The notes below the pieces were generated by a model. The model did no database searches. It was not told the DNA's origin and saw only the letters and a list, made by a program, of their open reading frames with translations. A stretch of 64,000 bases of DNA from Octopus sinensis. Lineage: Eukaryota. Below, piece by piece: positions 1 through 14,143 of this stretch. The position numbers were made by a program, and so were the translations under genes. Location: positions 35,154,001 through 35,218,000 of the forward strand of contig NC_043012.1 in the NCBI RefSeq assembly GCF_006345805.1. The letters run 5' to 3'. Positions within the stretch are counted from its first letter, which is position 1; each line of letters starts with the position of its first letter.

Positions 1-294
1 CCCATCCCAATTTTTTAAGCATTTGGTCCTCCTTCACTTGCTGAGTTGTGGTGCACCCAAAGACCATTGGTGAGGGTTCATGGTGAGCAAGTCACGAAAA
101 CCTCAACTGATTCAAGTATTGATTCTTTTAAAAGATCGTAGCGCGGCGCTGACCACCACTTCAGAATTTCATCAGATCGTCTCTTCTCTTTTCATTATGT
201 GTTTACTCTCCTAACGCCTCTCCCTCTGTCTTTACATCTTTCTGCCCACCCGTCCGTATCTCTCTCTCTCCGTCTCTCTCTTTCTGTATGGTTT

Positions 295-352
<58 letters not shown>

Positions 353-1368
353 CCCACAAACACACACATATACCTAATATTACAAATACTGTTAATATTA
401 TAAATGATACTGTTTACATTGCATTAGTAAAGTGTAAAATAGTAAATGTCCTGATAACCTGGAATACTTATTATTCCCGAAGTTTTTAAAATATATACAT
501 ACATTATATATATGTGTGTGTGTGTTTGTGTGTGTATGTGTGTGTGTGTGTGTGTATGTATGCATGTATGTATGTATGTGTGTATATATATGTACGTGTG
601 CATCTATATACGTATATATTCATATACATACATATATACACATACACACATGTATATTCTGAATTTACTAAGAATAAAGGGTGACCATTACGATATAGAA
701 GATATATATGCCAAGCGGGCATATACTGGGGTGGGCATATACTGGGGAACACAGACACCCACTCCACCTTCGAATTTCCATCTACCAAACGTTGGAACTG
801 AATTCGAGACCACATCGGTGTAAAAGCGAGCGCCTCGCCCACATAGCAATGCCTGTGCCGATATCACATTTAATTCGAGTCGAGGCCATTTTTCGTTGCT
901 ACTTAAAATATTGCCGGCTTTTGGCCAGCCATCGGGTATCTGGGGAAGGGAATACTATACATGTACCATACGTGTACCAGACTAAGAATTCAAAAAGAAG
1001 TCTTTGTGATTGACATCTTCTGTCAGAACCTGGCTCCAGAAGCCACATGGAATCACGAAATGTTCGCACTAGCAAAATTCATCTTGTAAGGTTGTGTCGC
1101 CATTTTTATTGTTAACAACATCTGTTTACAGTGAGAGAAAATCTGTTGGAGTAACCCTGGTTTGGAAACGTACAAGCAAGATATATAAAGCTTGTAGAAG
1201 CTTGGGATCTCATCTGTAATATACGCTTTAAGGGTTGCAGGTTATCAGCTGGGTTCAAAGTCATTTCAGAATACAAAGACGAGATTGGCGATTATCGGAA
1301 TGTTCTCGAATAATTTGGACTGGTATCATCTGTCAGATGAAGCGATCAACGTCATCATCATCATCATC

Positions 1369-1415
<47 letters not shown>

Positions 1416-1655
1416 CTCTCTCTCTCACAGACACACACATACATATCTTTTATCTTTTACTTGTTTCATACTGGAAGAAATTTTAGTAGACTGTATCGAC
1501 TCCAGTACTTATTTTTCAAAGTCTGCTACTTATTCTATCGGTCTCTTTTGTCGAACCATTAAGTCACAGGGACGTAGACACATTTGTTGTCAAGCGGTAG
1601 TGGGTGGACAAATACAGACACAAAGACAATATGTGAATATATATATATATATATA

Positions 1656-1697
<42 letters not shown>

Positions 1698-1748
1698 GTT
1701 GTGTGTGTGTGTGTGTGTGTGTTGGTGTGTATGTATGTATGTATGTAT

Positions 1749-1848
1749 NNNNNNNNNNNNNNNNNNNNNNNNNNNNNNNNNNNNNNNNNNNNNNNNNNNN
1801 NNNNNNNNNNNNNNNNNNNNNNNNNNNNNNNNNNNNNNNNNNNNNNNN
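1749..1848. other. Assembly gap (100 N)
   Basis: Run of exactly 100 n. Confidence 0.99.
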
Positions 1849-4800
1849 GGCACCACCTTGAACAATTTATTAATCGGACGAATCAATTCCAGTACTTATT
1901 TTTTAACGCCTGGCACTTATTCTATCGAGTGTATTTTGTCGAACCGCTAAATTACAGCGACGCAAACAAACCGAAGCCGGTTGTCAAGTGGCAGTGACGG
2001 ACAAACACACACAAACACACACACACACACACACACACCAACACACACACACACACACACACTCGGATACTATATCATCATCATCGTTTAACGTCTGTTT
2101 TCTATGCTGGCATGGGTTGGACGGTTTGACTGAGGAGTGGCAAGCCAGAAGGCTACACCAGGCTACGCGAGGATTCTTTCAGTTACCGTCCACCAAATCC
2201 ACTCAGAAGGCTTTGGTCGGTGCGAGTCTATATTAGAAGACACCCACCCAAAATGCCGTGCTTTAGATCTGAACCTGAAACCATATGGTTGGGAAGCTAA
2301 CTTCTTACCACACAACCATGCTTGGCCGAGTATGATAAATCATTAATCTCCGTAAAATTTCTAAAATAAAATCGCTTTTGGGAAAACGGGTGATGGCGAA
2401 GGAGACATTTATTGTTCTGATAAAATAACATTTCGGAATCAATGATTTACAATATCAGGATTTCACTATTTCACTAAGTGACTGTTGTGAGCTTCTTAAG
2501 CACTCAGCCATTTCGTCAGACGGCAGAGTGTGTCGTCTGCTTGTCTTACAGTTCCTCACATGATACAGTCTATCGTCTGGTCTTTCCATTTTGTTACGAA
2601 TATGATGTGGAGTCCCTACGAATTTGACCTCTCTCCCTCTCTTCCTATCCGCCTCTCTCTCACTCCCCCTCTGTCTGTCTGTTCTGTCTGTCTGTCGTCT
2701 GTCTTTCCCCCCTGATCCTCTGTCTCACTCTCTCACAATCCCCCTCTCTTACTGTTTCTGTCTGTCTCTCTTTCTCTGATTCTCTGTTGGTTTCTGTCTC
2801 CCATTGCCCCTCTTCCCCCCACACTGCTGCCATCTCTCTCTCTCTCTCTCTTTCTGCTACACTGTCTCTCTCTCCTCCGTTTCTCTCCCTGTCCAACTTT
2901 CTACCGAGTTGTTTACCAAACAAAATTTTTCTTTCATTTTACTCTCACCCCACCTCCTTCACTGCCTTGATCGTCCCTCACTACACGTATACCCCATTTT
3001 GACTCAACTACCTTTGAACTGAATGACGATGCTGCTGCTGCTGCTGATGATGATGATGATGACGACGACGATGATGGCAATGATGATGATGCGGTGGTCG
3101 ACTAAATAACAATAGCAACAGCTTATAACCAACTACGGATCATGTACGTGATATCTCGATTTGCTAGAAATAGTAGCGCCAAATCCCCCCCTCAATTTAT
3201 TCCTATACCGTCTTCATTAATAATGCAATAACACCAGATTATGTAGCCGTACACCCACTAAAAGAACGGAATGGTCACATTTTGAATTCTCCTTTTTACA
3301 TTATCGGCCTGATGAGCGAAAAGAGATTCATGTATCCAGTCCTTCCAAGTAAGTACACTATACAACCACTTTCTCTATAGTAACCAAATAAACAATGCCA
3401 GCCATTCTTTGCCAAAGAAAGATGATGGGGGATCTGTTTATGAGAGACTCGACCAACAGCAAGATCAACCTTACACGCATTAAGAACAGCCCGTCATAGC
3501 TATACAGCTAAACAGTTTTTGAAAGCCGAAAGAATGCGTGAAATGGCACCCCGGTAGCACCGCCTTGCTTGAGTTTTCTATAGATTATTCATAGGCTCTA
3601 CTATGAAAATTTGCCGGCATTAACCGCTTAGCATATCTTTGTTGACACCTCAGGTCTCCTTGAGAACATTCGTAACCAAGGCCGGGTTAAGACCCAGAGA
3701 GACCCTGAGCCCTTAAAAAATTATGGTGTCCACATATAAACGTAATTCAAAATATAAACATTAATAAACCATAAAAAAATTTTTTTTATTTTTCAAAATG
3801 AAACAAATCTAACAGTAAGATGGGGAATAATGTCTATTTTTGTATAGTTCTAGTTTATTTATATTTGAAAAGTTATCTCCTACTTTTTTAATTGCAAAGT
3901 CTTTGATCAGATTAAAACACTCACCATGACACCACGAACACTTCGAGATTGTATTGCCCACCACATAAACCACTTAGAATATCATTTTAGAAAGATTAAA
4001 GTGATTTCTTTCGTGCCGTAAACTATTTACCATTTCTGTGGCGTCCCCATTTCCATCGATGCGCTTATGTTGCTTAATGGTTAATCCATCGCTGCTCCCT
4101 ACTAATCTTCAACAGAGGGTAGCGGAAGCATGATCGCTCATGAACTTTAGCTGCCCACAAAGTGTTTTTCTCTTACGTTTAACTACCCATTTTGGTTCAC
4201 TACGTTATAGTTGGGTCCATTTAGATTTACTCGAACCACCCACCCCTTAACGTGATGGACTAGCCTAGCGTCCGTACATTAGTTATAAAATGGGAAGTTT
4301 TTGTTCGCTAAGTCCCAAGAGAGGTGAGTTTTGCTACGAGCAACCTGAGACCTTTGATGTGAGAACAGTTTGATCTCACTTTGTAGTTTTCAGCTTGGAC
4401 GGAGTTCAAACCAGAATCCTTGACGTCATGCTTCGCGTCTTACCAACATTTAGAGAGAATTGTAACCAGGGTTTTCTAACATTTTATCTTCATTTCTATG
4501 AACATTTGAATCTACATAATGTATTGATAATTCTTAATGTCCCACCAGTTTTCTGTATCGGTAATAAATGCTTCAGTGTAGACAATTGCAACTTGTCTTT
4601 ACATTCGTTTATTGATATCTATCCTGACTTCATTTTAACAAAAGACATAATATATCAGACCTTAAACCGCATTTCATACAACCACATTCATACCTATTGC
4701 TAGAGACACAAGTGTAAGCCTTCCACCGATTGTTAAAAGACTTGGCAGAATTACAGACGTCAAACGCCCATTATTACTTTTCACTTGACCCGAAACTGCT

Positions 4801-6046
4801 GCACTGAGAATTTGTTTGATAAAGAACTACTGTAAAAGTGCAATTGAAGGCTTGTAAGGTAATACGAACCCGAAAGACAATCTTATCTGTTGGCCTATTT
4901 AACGATACGACCTGCAACACTAGGATGTCTTTTACATAGCTTATTCTGGTGCGATTAATCAGTTAAGATCTCTGCTCTAAGAATAACTGACTCTTACTGG
5001 CCCCCGAGGCCCCTAAAAATAATTATAGAATTGCCCTTCTCTACTGACTAAGTACTATGCTATATAGTTTCCATGTATTACATCTTGCTACTGTGTGGAC
5101 TGAGATCCCCGTTGACAGGTCCCTGATATTTAAAAATGAAGTGTTAACGCTTACGTTACGCAAATTACAAGCTTCAGTTCTTCTTGGCTACAGAAGTCGT
5201 TGACAATAGGCTGAATGATTGTTTCTTTGGGATTGGTCAAATTGATGCAGACACCTCTGAGGAAAATCCAATAAGATTTGAAAGTCGATTTTGTTCACAA
5301 TTTATTTTTCAATCTAGTGAGAAACAGCTGAATTAGTCTTGTTTATACAAGGGGTACAAAAGTAGGTATACCGTATCACATCAGAGTTATAGTTATTACC
5401 ACATTAAATTAGTTAGCCTCGTTTTTTTTTTATATTTTCAGTGTCGTTAATCATAATGATACATTTATCATAATTATAATAAAACTTTTATCATAACTTT
5501 CATCATAATTTTTTGCTAAAAATAAATTAGTGTTGTACGTGCTTTCGTTTCATTTTCATAACTGTATACCTTCTTTTGCCCCACCCTGTACATCTGCTAT
5601 ATAGGTTACATATATATGAAAGGGAAAAAAAGTGTGGGGGTTGGGGGTGGAACAGCTTTGCTAGGCATTACCCATTCCTTATTCAAATTACTTTCACTTC
5701 AAAAGCACAATTTTCAATGTATTTCTGCAAATGGCAATATATTTTAGACGACAAAGGGAACTGTAAATTCGAAAGCACAAGGTACACAGAAGATGTGCGC
5801 TTCAGTCACCTCCTAAGACATTTTGCACAACATATAATACAAAAATAAAAAAAGAAAAGAAAAAGACATGATACTAAAAAGTCACTTCAGACACTGGAAA
5901 GCAAAAACTGGTGCAGTGGACAGAACAGACACAATAAATGATACAAACCCTACAAAAGGCGGTGTTGCTGCACACCCGTCGAGTAAATCTGCGAGTGTGA
6001 ACTGGCGGAGTACGAGAAACTCACATGAAACTTGTTATAAGCGTGT

Positions 6047-6078
<32 letters not shown>

Positions 6079-6366
6079 CAGAAAAGGAGAGGGGGGAGAG
6101 GAGATTATAATAACAATGGAAATAACAACAAGAATAATTCTGGTTTCTTTATTTGCCACAAGGTCGCAAAGGGAGAGAGGACGTTGCTACGAAGACGAAG
6201 TTCTGAGAAGTGAGAGTGTGGAGGAGATAGAAAGAGAGAGAGGGAAAGAGAGAGTGTATGTGTGTATGTGCGTGTGTGTATATGTGTGTGTGCATATGTG
6301 TGCATGAGTGTTTGTGTGTGTGTGTGCGTGTGTGTCATCTCATCTATTGAAAGAATCATTATATAA

Positions 6367-6410
<44 letters not shown>

Positions 6411-6428
6411 TATATATTATATATATAT

Positions 6429-6475
<47 letters not shown>

Positions 6476-7118
6476 TATATATATGTATATATATATATAT
6501 AAACTATTTAAACATCTACAAGTCATAAACGAGTTTAAAATAGAAAAAACTCATCATACGAGTTTTATGAATAAAAATAATATTATAGAAGTTATACAGT
6601 TGGCACACATGTAAGAGCATTTCAAAAGGAGAGAGAGAGAGAGGGGGCGGGAGAAAAGAAAGAGAGAGAGAGAAATAGAGAGAGGGAGAAAGGGAGGATA
6701 GCGGTGGATGGGGAGGAGGTGTGGGTTACGATAGTGAACAGGTAAGAATGAGAGAGATGGTGGGAAAACTTGTCGGTGATTGGTGGTGGGAAAGGTAGGA
6801 CAGGTGAAAGAGGGGGGGAGGGAGTTCATGTTCAAAGATGTAAAGACAGATCGACGTAGACAGACAGGTAAACGAACAGGTGACTGCCTCGTTGGAAGCC
6901 TTTAGCATAGGTATAACACTTGTTCAGAAACACATCACACACACATACACCTATTTATATGTGTGCGTATATTAATAATGTCGGTTGAATAAAACTAGAA
7001 ACAAGTCTGCTTTCTTTCTTTCATTTCTTTCTTCTTAGCTAGGTTGACATGTAGGGTGGGACAGCGTTTTATACAGCCATAAAAATATATGTCAGTATCA
7101 AATATATCTGCATGTGTG

Positions 7119-7422
7119 TCTATACGTGTGTATATAAAAGTGAAGTTGTGTGTCCGTCTCCTACGATTTAGATTCCTAACTACTCCCACATTTTGCGGTG
7201 CAGTTTAACCAAAAGCGGGTATCTTATAGTCGTGATTCATATCGAGCCCTTCTGGGTATTAGCACGCGTCTACGATGAGTCTACGATTTAAAAAAAAATG
7301 TACCATCATTTTTTTCCATTTTTAATGCATTTTTTGCTATTATATAAGGGAAGTAACTCTCTAAAAATGCTTATATAGTTATTTCCCCTACAAACCCGAG
7401 CAACGCCGGGCGATACTGCTAG
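7119..7422 (+). mobile_element. Non-autonomous Helitron
   Basis: 5' TC...tatataaaag start; 3' GC hairpin cccgagcaacgccggg followed by terminal CTAG (7419-7422) then t. The 5' boundary is approximate. Confidence 0.7.
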
Positions 7423-7527
7423 TGTGTATATATATGTCTGTCTGGTTATATATCTATCTGTCTTTCTATCCACATAACTTTTTATCTATTCATATCTCTA
7501 TGTATGTATGTATGTATTTTTAAAAAT

Positions 7528-7730
7528 TCTTTTTATTCTTTTACTTGTTTCAGCCATTTGACTGCGGCCATGTTGGAGCACTGCCTTTTCGTCGAAGAAA
7601 TCGGCCCTAAGACTTCTTCTTTGTAAGACTAGTAATTTATTCTTTCGGACTCTTTTTGCCGAACCTAAGTTACGGGGACGTAAACACACCATCATCGGTT
7701 GTCAAGCGATGGTAGGCGGGACAAACACAC

Positions 7731-7780
<50 letters not shown>

Positions 7781-7933
7781 CGGGTTTCTTTCAGTTTCCG
7801 GCTACCAAATCCACTTACAAGGCTTTGGTCAGCCCGAGGTTACAGTAGAAGCCACTTGCCAATGGTGCCACGTAGTGGGCCCGAACGCGGAACCATGTGG
7901 TCGGGAAGCAAGCTTCTTACCACACAGCCATGC
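7528..7933 (-). mobile_element. tRNA-type SINE family A (internal microsatellite)
   Basis: Reverse complement of the 10608-11065 copy, with A/B-box-like head and taaaaga tail. Confidence 0.85.
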
Positions 7934-7965
7934 ATGTACGTATGCATGTATGTATGTGTGTGTTT

Positions 7966-8003
<38 letters not shown>

Positions 8004-8540
8004 CACACCATCTGTAGAAAGAGTTGTCTGATGAAATATGTATCTTCCTTTATAAACAAACCCCTAAGCAGGTCTTCGTTGAAACTCCAGGGCTCAGTGA
8101 ATGCCAGTGTAAGCTGGATGAATGTGGCTGGGAAGCAAACTTCTGATCGCACAGACATACCCGAGTCCTGTGTATATAAATACAAATACAAACAAACAGA
8201 GAGTACGAGACTTCCCGTTAAATATAAAAAATAAATAGATTCCGCGCCTTCATTGCGTTTCACCCTCTGGCTGCCGATAACTGATGGACATTTGGTGACA
8301 CTCTGTATCTCTTTACCGCTTGTTTGTCCGTTTAGTATGTTTTTTAACTTACTATATCGATGTTTGGGATTCCTCATAGATGGCGACACTGAACAAACCG
8401 AGTGTTTTCACACCTTTTTTTTTACCATAAAAGAGATACTTTCTCCACGGCAACTGAAATGAAATTGTCTTTTAGGACTTGAAATATGTTACGAGCACAT
8501 TTTAACTAACCTAAATTTTGCATATATATATATATATATT

Positions 8541-8910
8541 CTTTTATTCTTTTATTCTTTTACTTGTTTCAGTCATTTGACTGCGGCCATGCTGAAGAAC
8601 TGCCTTTAGTCGAGCAAATCGACCCCAGGACTTGTTCTTTGTAAGCCTAGTACTTATTCTATCGATCTCTTATTGCCGAACTGCTATTTTACGGGGATTT
8701 AAACACACCAACGTCGATTGTAAAGCGATGGTAGTGGGGACAAACACAACCACACAAACATATAGATAGATAGATATATATGCGACGGGCTCCTTTCAGT
8801 TTCCGTCTACCAAATCCACTCACAAGGATTTGCCCAAGGTGACACGTAGTGACATGAAGCCGGAACCATGTGGTTGGTAAGCAAGCTACTTACCACACAG
8901 CAACTCCTGC
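8541..8910 (-). mobile_element. SINE family A copy (internal deletion)
   Basis: Same head (gcagg..gtgtggtaag) and body as the other family A copies. Confidence 0.85.
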
Positions 8911-8951
8911 GCTTATGTATACATACATAATACCCACCACACCACACACAC

Positions 8952-8993
<42 letters not shown>

Positions 8994-9059
8994 TATATTT
9001 GTTTATATTATATGTATGTATGTATGTATATATATATATATATATATATACATACATAC

Positions 9060-9114
<55 letters not shown>

Positions 9115-9118
<4 letters not shown>

Positions 9119-9320
9119 GGAGAGAGTTTACGAAAAAAACAAAAGACGAAGACAGGTGGTGTACAAAACAAACAGATGTATTAGTATAACGCCGAGGAAT
9201 AGAAAAAGTCTTTTACGTTTCGAGCCTACGCTCTTCTACAGAAAGGGACACAGAAAAAACAAGGAGGGAAACAAGGAGAGAAAAAAATGTGTGTAGTGGC
9301 TAACGATCTATCATGGCGAC
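9115..9320 (-). repeat. Penelope-like dispersed repeat with degenerate hammerhead motif (other copies ~11905-12060 and ~40615-40797)
   Basis: Three recognisable copies. Minus strand reads cttt-CTGTAGA-agagc gtag gctc-GAAA-cg-TA-aaag. Confidence 0.6.
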
Positions 9321-9340
9321 TAGTGACACACACACACATA

Positions 9341-9395
<55 letters not shown>

Positions 9396-9752
9396 TACTT
9401 GTTCGAATCTGTTGAATCACAGTGTACCTACTTTTCATAGTTCCAAGTGTTGTGTGATTTTGTTTTTCCTTTGTCAATTGCGCAGAGCCTGATACTCAAA
9501 GAGTTCGCACTGTTGAGAATCACCAGTTGTGAGCAAATAAATTATGATTTCTAATTTATTGCACGGAGCCAGCAATTTTATCGCCTCCCCACCCCCTAAC
9601 GGATGAAAGGTAAAATCACCCTGGGTGGACGAAATGCCGCTAACGATTCTACTAACTCACCTCCTCTGTGAGCGAATAATCTTAAACTGTCTTGCATATT
9701 CATTACATGTAAAACATCACACACACACACACACACACACACACCCACACAC

Positions 9753-9834
<82 letters not shown>

Positions 9835-10184
9835 TGTATGTACATAAATGTCGGGAAAGAGAGATAAAGAGAGAGAGCGAGAGAGAGAAAATTTGCTTGT
9901 TTTCAATCTTGATGGGTGTGTGACATGTTAGTATACCAGGAGACAGCTGTTGACCCTAATCCATTCTGGCTGGCAGCTGAAGTAGACAAACGGGTCGCTA
10001 ACATGTGTTTATAGTCGTGTATCACATAAGCTGAAATTGCACACATTTTGAGGAAATAGCTGATCGATTGAATTGAACCCAGTAATAGATTGGTGTTTCA
10101 GTTTTATCGACTGTGGAGCGATAAAAGGCAAAGTTGAGCTTCAGCGCGATTTGAACTGTAACAGGATATTGTAAGGTATCCTTG

Positions 10185-10223
<39 letters not shown>

Positions 10224-10562
10224 ACACACACACACACATACACACACACACAAAAGAAAGAGGATGACAAACGGATATGCGATAATCTTTTGAACTTGGC
10301 GCACTCATATTTGGGAAGGGTAACACCTTGCAGTTTCATCGATGCCTCAAACGTGACACGTGCAACCACCTTTCTCACCGCTAGCTGTTACATTCAGGAT
10401 GTTCGATCGGGGTCGGTGGTGGGCTGGTGAGGCGGTGTTCTGCACTATACAGGTACCAACCACAAACAATCAGTGGAAGTACAATATACATTTCAAAGTA
10501 TGTACCACCCTTACGAGTGACGGCTGTTCACATTCACACACCCTCTCCATATAATAATAATA

Positions 10563-10604
<42 letters not shown>

Positions 10605-10607
10605 TTG

Positions 10608-10762
10608 CTGTGGCTGTGCGGTAAGTAGCTTGCTAACCAGCCACATGGTTCCGGGTTCAGTCCCACTGCGTGGCATCTCGGGCAAGTGTTTTCTGCTATA
10701 GCCCCGGGACGACCAATGCCTTGTGAGTGGATTGGTAGACGGAAACTGAAAGAAGCCTGTCG

Positions 10763-10844
<82 letters not shown>

Positions 10845-11065
10845 GTGTGTGTGTTGTTTGTGTGTCTGTGTTTGTCCCCCTAGCATTGCTTGACAACCGA
10901 TGCTGGTGTGTTTACGTCCCCGTCACTTAGCGGTTCGGCAAAAGAGACCGATAGAATAAGTCCTGGGCTTACAAAGAATAAGTCCCGGGGTCGATTTGCT
11001 CGACTAAAGGCGGTGCTCCAGCATGGCCGCAGTCAAATGACTGAAACAAGTAAAAGAGTAAAAGA
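10608..11065 (+). mobile_element. SINE family A, near full length
   Basis: A-box-like tggctgtgcgg, B-box-like gggttcagtccc, internal (TA)n/(TG)n, 3' ctgaaacaagtaaaagagtaaaaga. More than 10 related copies in the window. Confidence 0.9.
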
Positions 11066-11083
11066 ATAATAATAATAATAATA

Positions 11084-11630
11084 AATGCCCTGATGCAGTG
11101 ACTCTCATGGCTTCTGATCTTAACTAATTGGAAGTGTTATCATGTACATTGTTTTGTCTTGGTATAAAAGATGGGCTACAGCAAATATTCTGCTCAATAC
11201 CACAGATTTGCTTGTCAGTTGTTTGACCTTAACCAGTTGAGCATGTCCCTTAGTGGTTGACGATATGTGCATCTCTGATCACGAGCAGAAGTAGTGGGGG
11301 AGCATCATAGCCATGTGTTGAGAGGGATTCTTTGGGGTTTGAATAATTCACCTCTGGAAACATGGGTGGTTTTTTCAACATCCTTAAACAACCCTTATTC
11401 AGGGACCGTTTGAGCGGGATGGGCTACTCAACCTGAAGAAAATTCTAACTGGGCCCCATCTGCAAGGTCATGTGCTGTTTATCTTTTTATGAGATCACCA
11501 TGTCGCGCACATATGGTTGTGATGCATGTGCCTGGTGTACCCTTATCAGACGGGTAGTCGTGATGGGTATATTGGGCTTCGTATATTTTACCCCAGTGTC
11601 ACTTTGATGGCATGAACTGCTCTCTTACTC
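11084..11630 (+). mobile_element. ~550-bp non-autonomous element embedded in (TAA)n
   Basis: Four highly similar copies (also 30088-30495, 34245-34620, 53806-54352). This copy is flanked by TAA repeats, ends ...ctc(aat)n and has no ORF. Confidence 0.8.
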
Positions 11631-12215
11631 AATAATAATAATAATAATAATAATATGTAAGTATATATATATTCCTTTATTCTATTACATGCTTTAGCCC
11701 TAAAGGCTGTGACTGTGCTGTACGTTGGTGCAGGCGTGGCTGTGTGGTGAGAATTTTGCTTCCCAACTACATAGTTCCGGGTTCAGTCCCACTGCGTAGC
11801 ACTTTGGGCAACTCTCTTCTACGATAGTCTCGGCCGACCAAAGCCATGTGAGTGGATTTTGGTGGACGGAAACTGAAAGAAGCCTATATATATATATATA
11901 TGTATAGTTGAAATTTATAGAAAAACAAAAGACGAAGACAGGTGTATGAACAACAAACAAGTGTATTAGTTTAATGCTTGGGAAGGTGAGAAAGTCTTTT
12001 ACATTTCGAGCCTACGCTCTTCAACAGAGAAGCAAAAGAGAAGATAAACACAATGAGAATGAAAAAACGGTCCAAAATGGAGAATGATTGACAATATATA
12101 TATATATAGGTTATAAGAGGTAATGGTGTCATTGAGACCCAAAGGTGTCAGATAATGCTGGATAAGTGCTATAGACAGACCATAGTTAAGTTCCAGGTTC
12201 GGTGATTTTGCGAAT

Positions 12216-12460
12216 AAGGGGTTATTCTTTGTAAGCCTAGTACTTATTCTATCTGCCTCTTTTGTCAAACCGCTCAGTTGCGGGGACGTAAACACATCAA
12301 CATCAGTTTTCAAGCGATGGTGGGAGGGGAGTCTACCAAATCCACTGACAAGGCTTTGGTCGACCCGAGACTATAGTTGAAGACACTTGGCCAAGGTGCT
12401 ACGCAATAGGATTGAACCCGGTACAAAGTGGCTGGGAAGCAAGCTTCTTGCCACGCCTGC
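12216..12460 (-). mobile_element. SINE family A copy
   Basis: Reverse-complement match to family A. Confidence 0.75.
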
Positions 12461-14143
12461 ACCTTTGTTGACAGAAATTAAAAAAAAAAAAAGAAAAAGT
12501 AATCTTCGCCATGCACCGACTGGTTGTTCATATTTTGCAGCCATATATTGAAAGAATTTCACATTTGCAAAGTATTAAGTTCTTATTTCTTAAAGTAGAG
12601 CGTCTTAGAAATTATTTAAACTACTTTCAGTTGCAAAAGATTCTATAGAGATACCATAAGTCATGGGAATTTTTATAGTGTTCCGGCAGAATGTAATGGA
12701 GATATTTATATTTACTACTGAGGCGTATGAGAAAAATGGAACCCCGGCAGCAGATGTTATTAATATTTTCGCTAATTAGAAAGCAAGTTTAGAAATCCGA
12801 TATGGTGTGAAAGTTTTGGGCTATCAAGTTCACTAAATGTTTTAAAAATTTGGATGTTACAGAGAAACTAAGGAGATTATTGATGGCTTTGAATTATTTT
12901 ATCTAAGGGGGAAAGAATTTCACCATCGACGGAAATTCGATATTGTCACTCTTCTACACTATTCAAAATACTACGTTTGTTGAAGTTTTAAAATCAAATG
13001 ATAAACTAAATCTAAATAGCATGTTGTCAACTTAATGTGACAGTCCCATAAAAGGGGAGAATGCTACTGTTATTTAGCCCTGGGAAACACCGTCTCCTGT
13101 TGGACTTGACACATCTACTGTCTCTACTTTGAAAACATAAGGACACAAATTCACATTGCGCACGCGCATAGAGACACACCTGCTGGTGTTAAATAACTGT
13201 TTTATATAGATCTCTTTATAGAATGTACCGTTCGAAGTAAATATTCAATATGTCTGAGCATTCCCCGTTTTTTTATGCAAACACTGGGATATGTGAGTCT
13301 TTTTAGTGTAAAGGAACGAATGTAATTTACTCTTTTTTTTTTCTACTCTAGGCACAAGGCCCGAAATTTTGGGGAGGGGGACAAATTTATCGACCCTGAT
13401 AGGATGAAAGGCAAAGTTGATCTCGGCGGAATTTGAACTCAGAACGTACGGCGTGCTAACGTTTCTGCCTGTTCGCCGCCTTGTAATTTACTCTTTTCCG
13501 AACATCCATGCTTATGTCTAGAAATGAATTTATTATGCAACTATGAGTTTTATTTAGATTGTTCTGGATATTGAATATTAGGTTAAATATTGAATATTAA
13601 GTATTCTAGGTCAGCCTTTCATCTCTTGACATTTTCAAGTGTGTTGATTACAAGCATACAATCAATAAATCCGTTACACATATATTCATGCATTGCGCGC
13701 GAAAGAACGAGATAATGCTAAACTAAACAAATACACGCATACAGACAGACAGACACACACACGCACACACACAAACACGTACGTGCGCGTACATACACAG
13801 ACAGACAAGCAGGCAGGCAGGCAAGCAGGCAGGCAGGCAAGCAGGCAGGCACACACTGACACACAGGCACATATGTTAGCTCGGTTACATCAAAGAGACA
13901 AATGAATAATGGTAGCTGAATGAAAACAGTGAATTTAGACGCTGTTGTCCTAAGAAAGAAAAATATTCACTGCGTAACGCAATCCTATATGTTCTTTGAT
14001 AAAAACGGGAATTGGAATGTCTTGAATCGCGTTTATTCCATTGGAATTGGTGTGTCTAAAAGAGCAACTACAACACGATCCAATAGATTATACTAAGGAA
14101 GTCTGGAAATGTTGATAAATCTAGGAAGTCTATCGTTCGAAAT

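Noticed and set aside
199-2236. HT/CV/YI-rich ORFs here and throughout the window
   Set aside because: Translations of (CA)n, (TA)n, (TACA)n and (TAA)n microsatellites.
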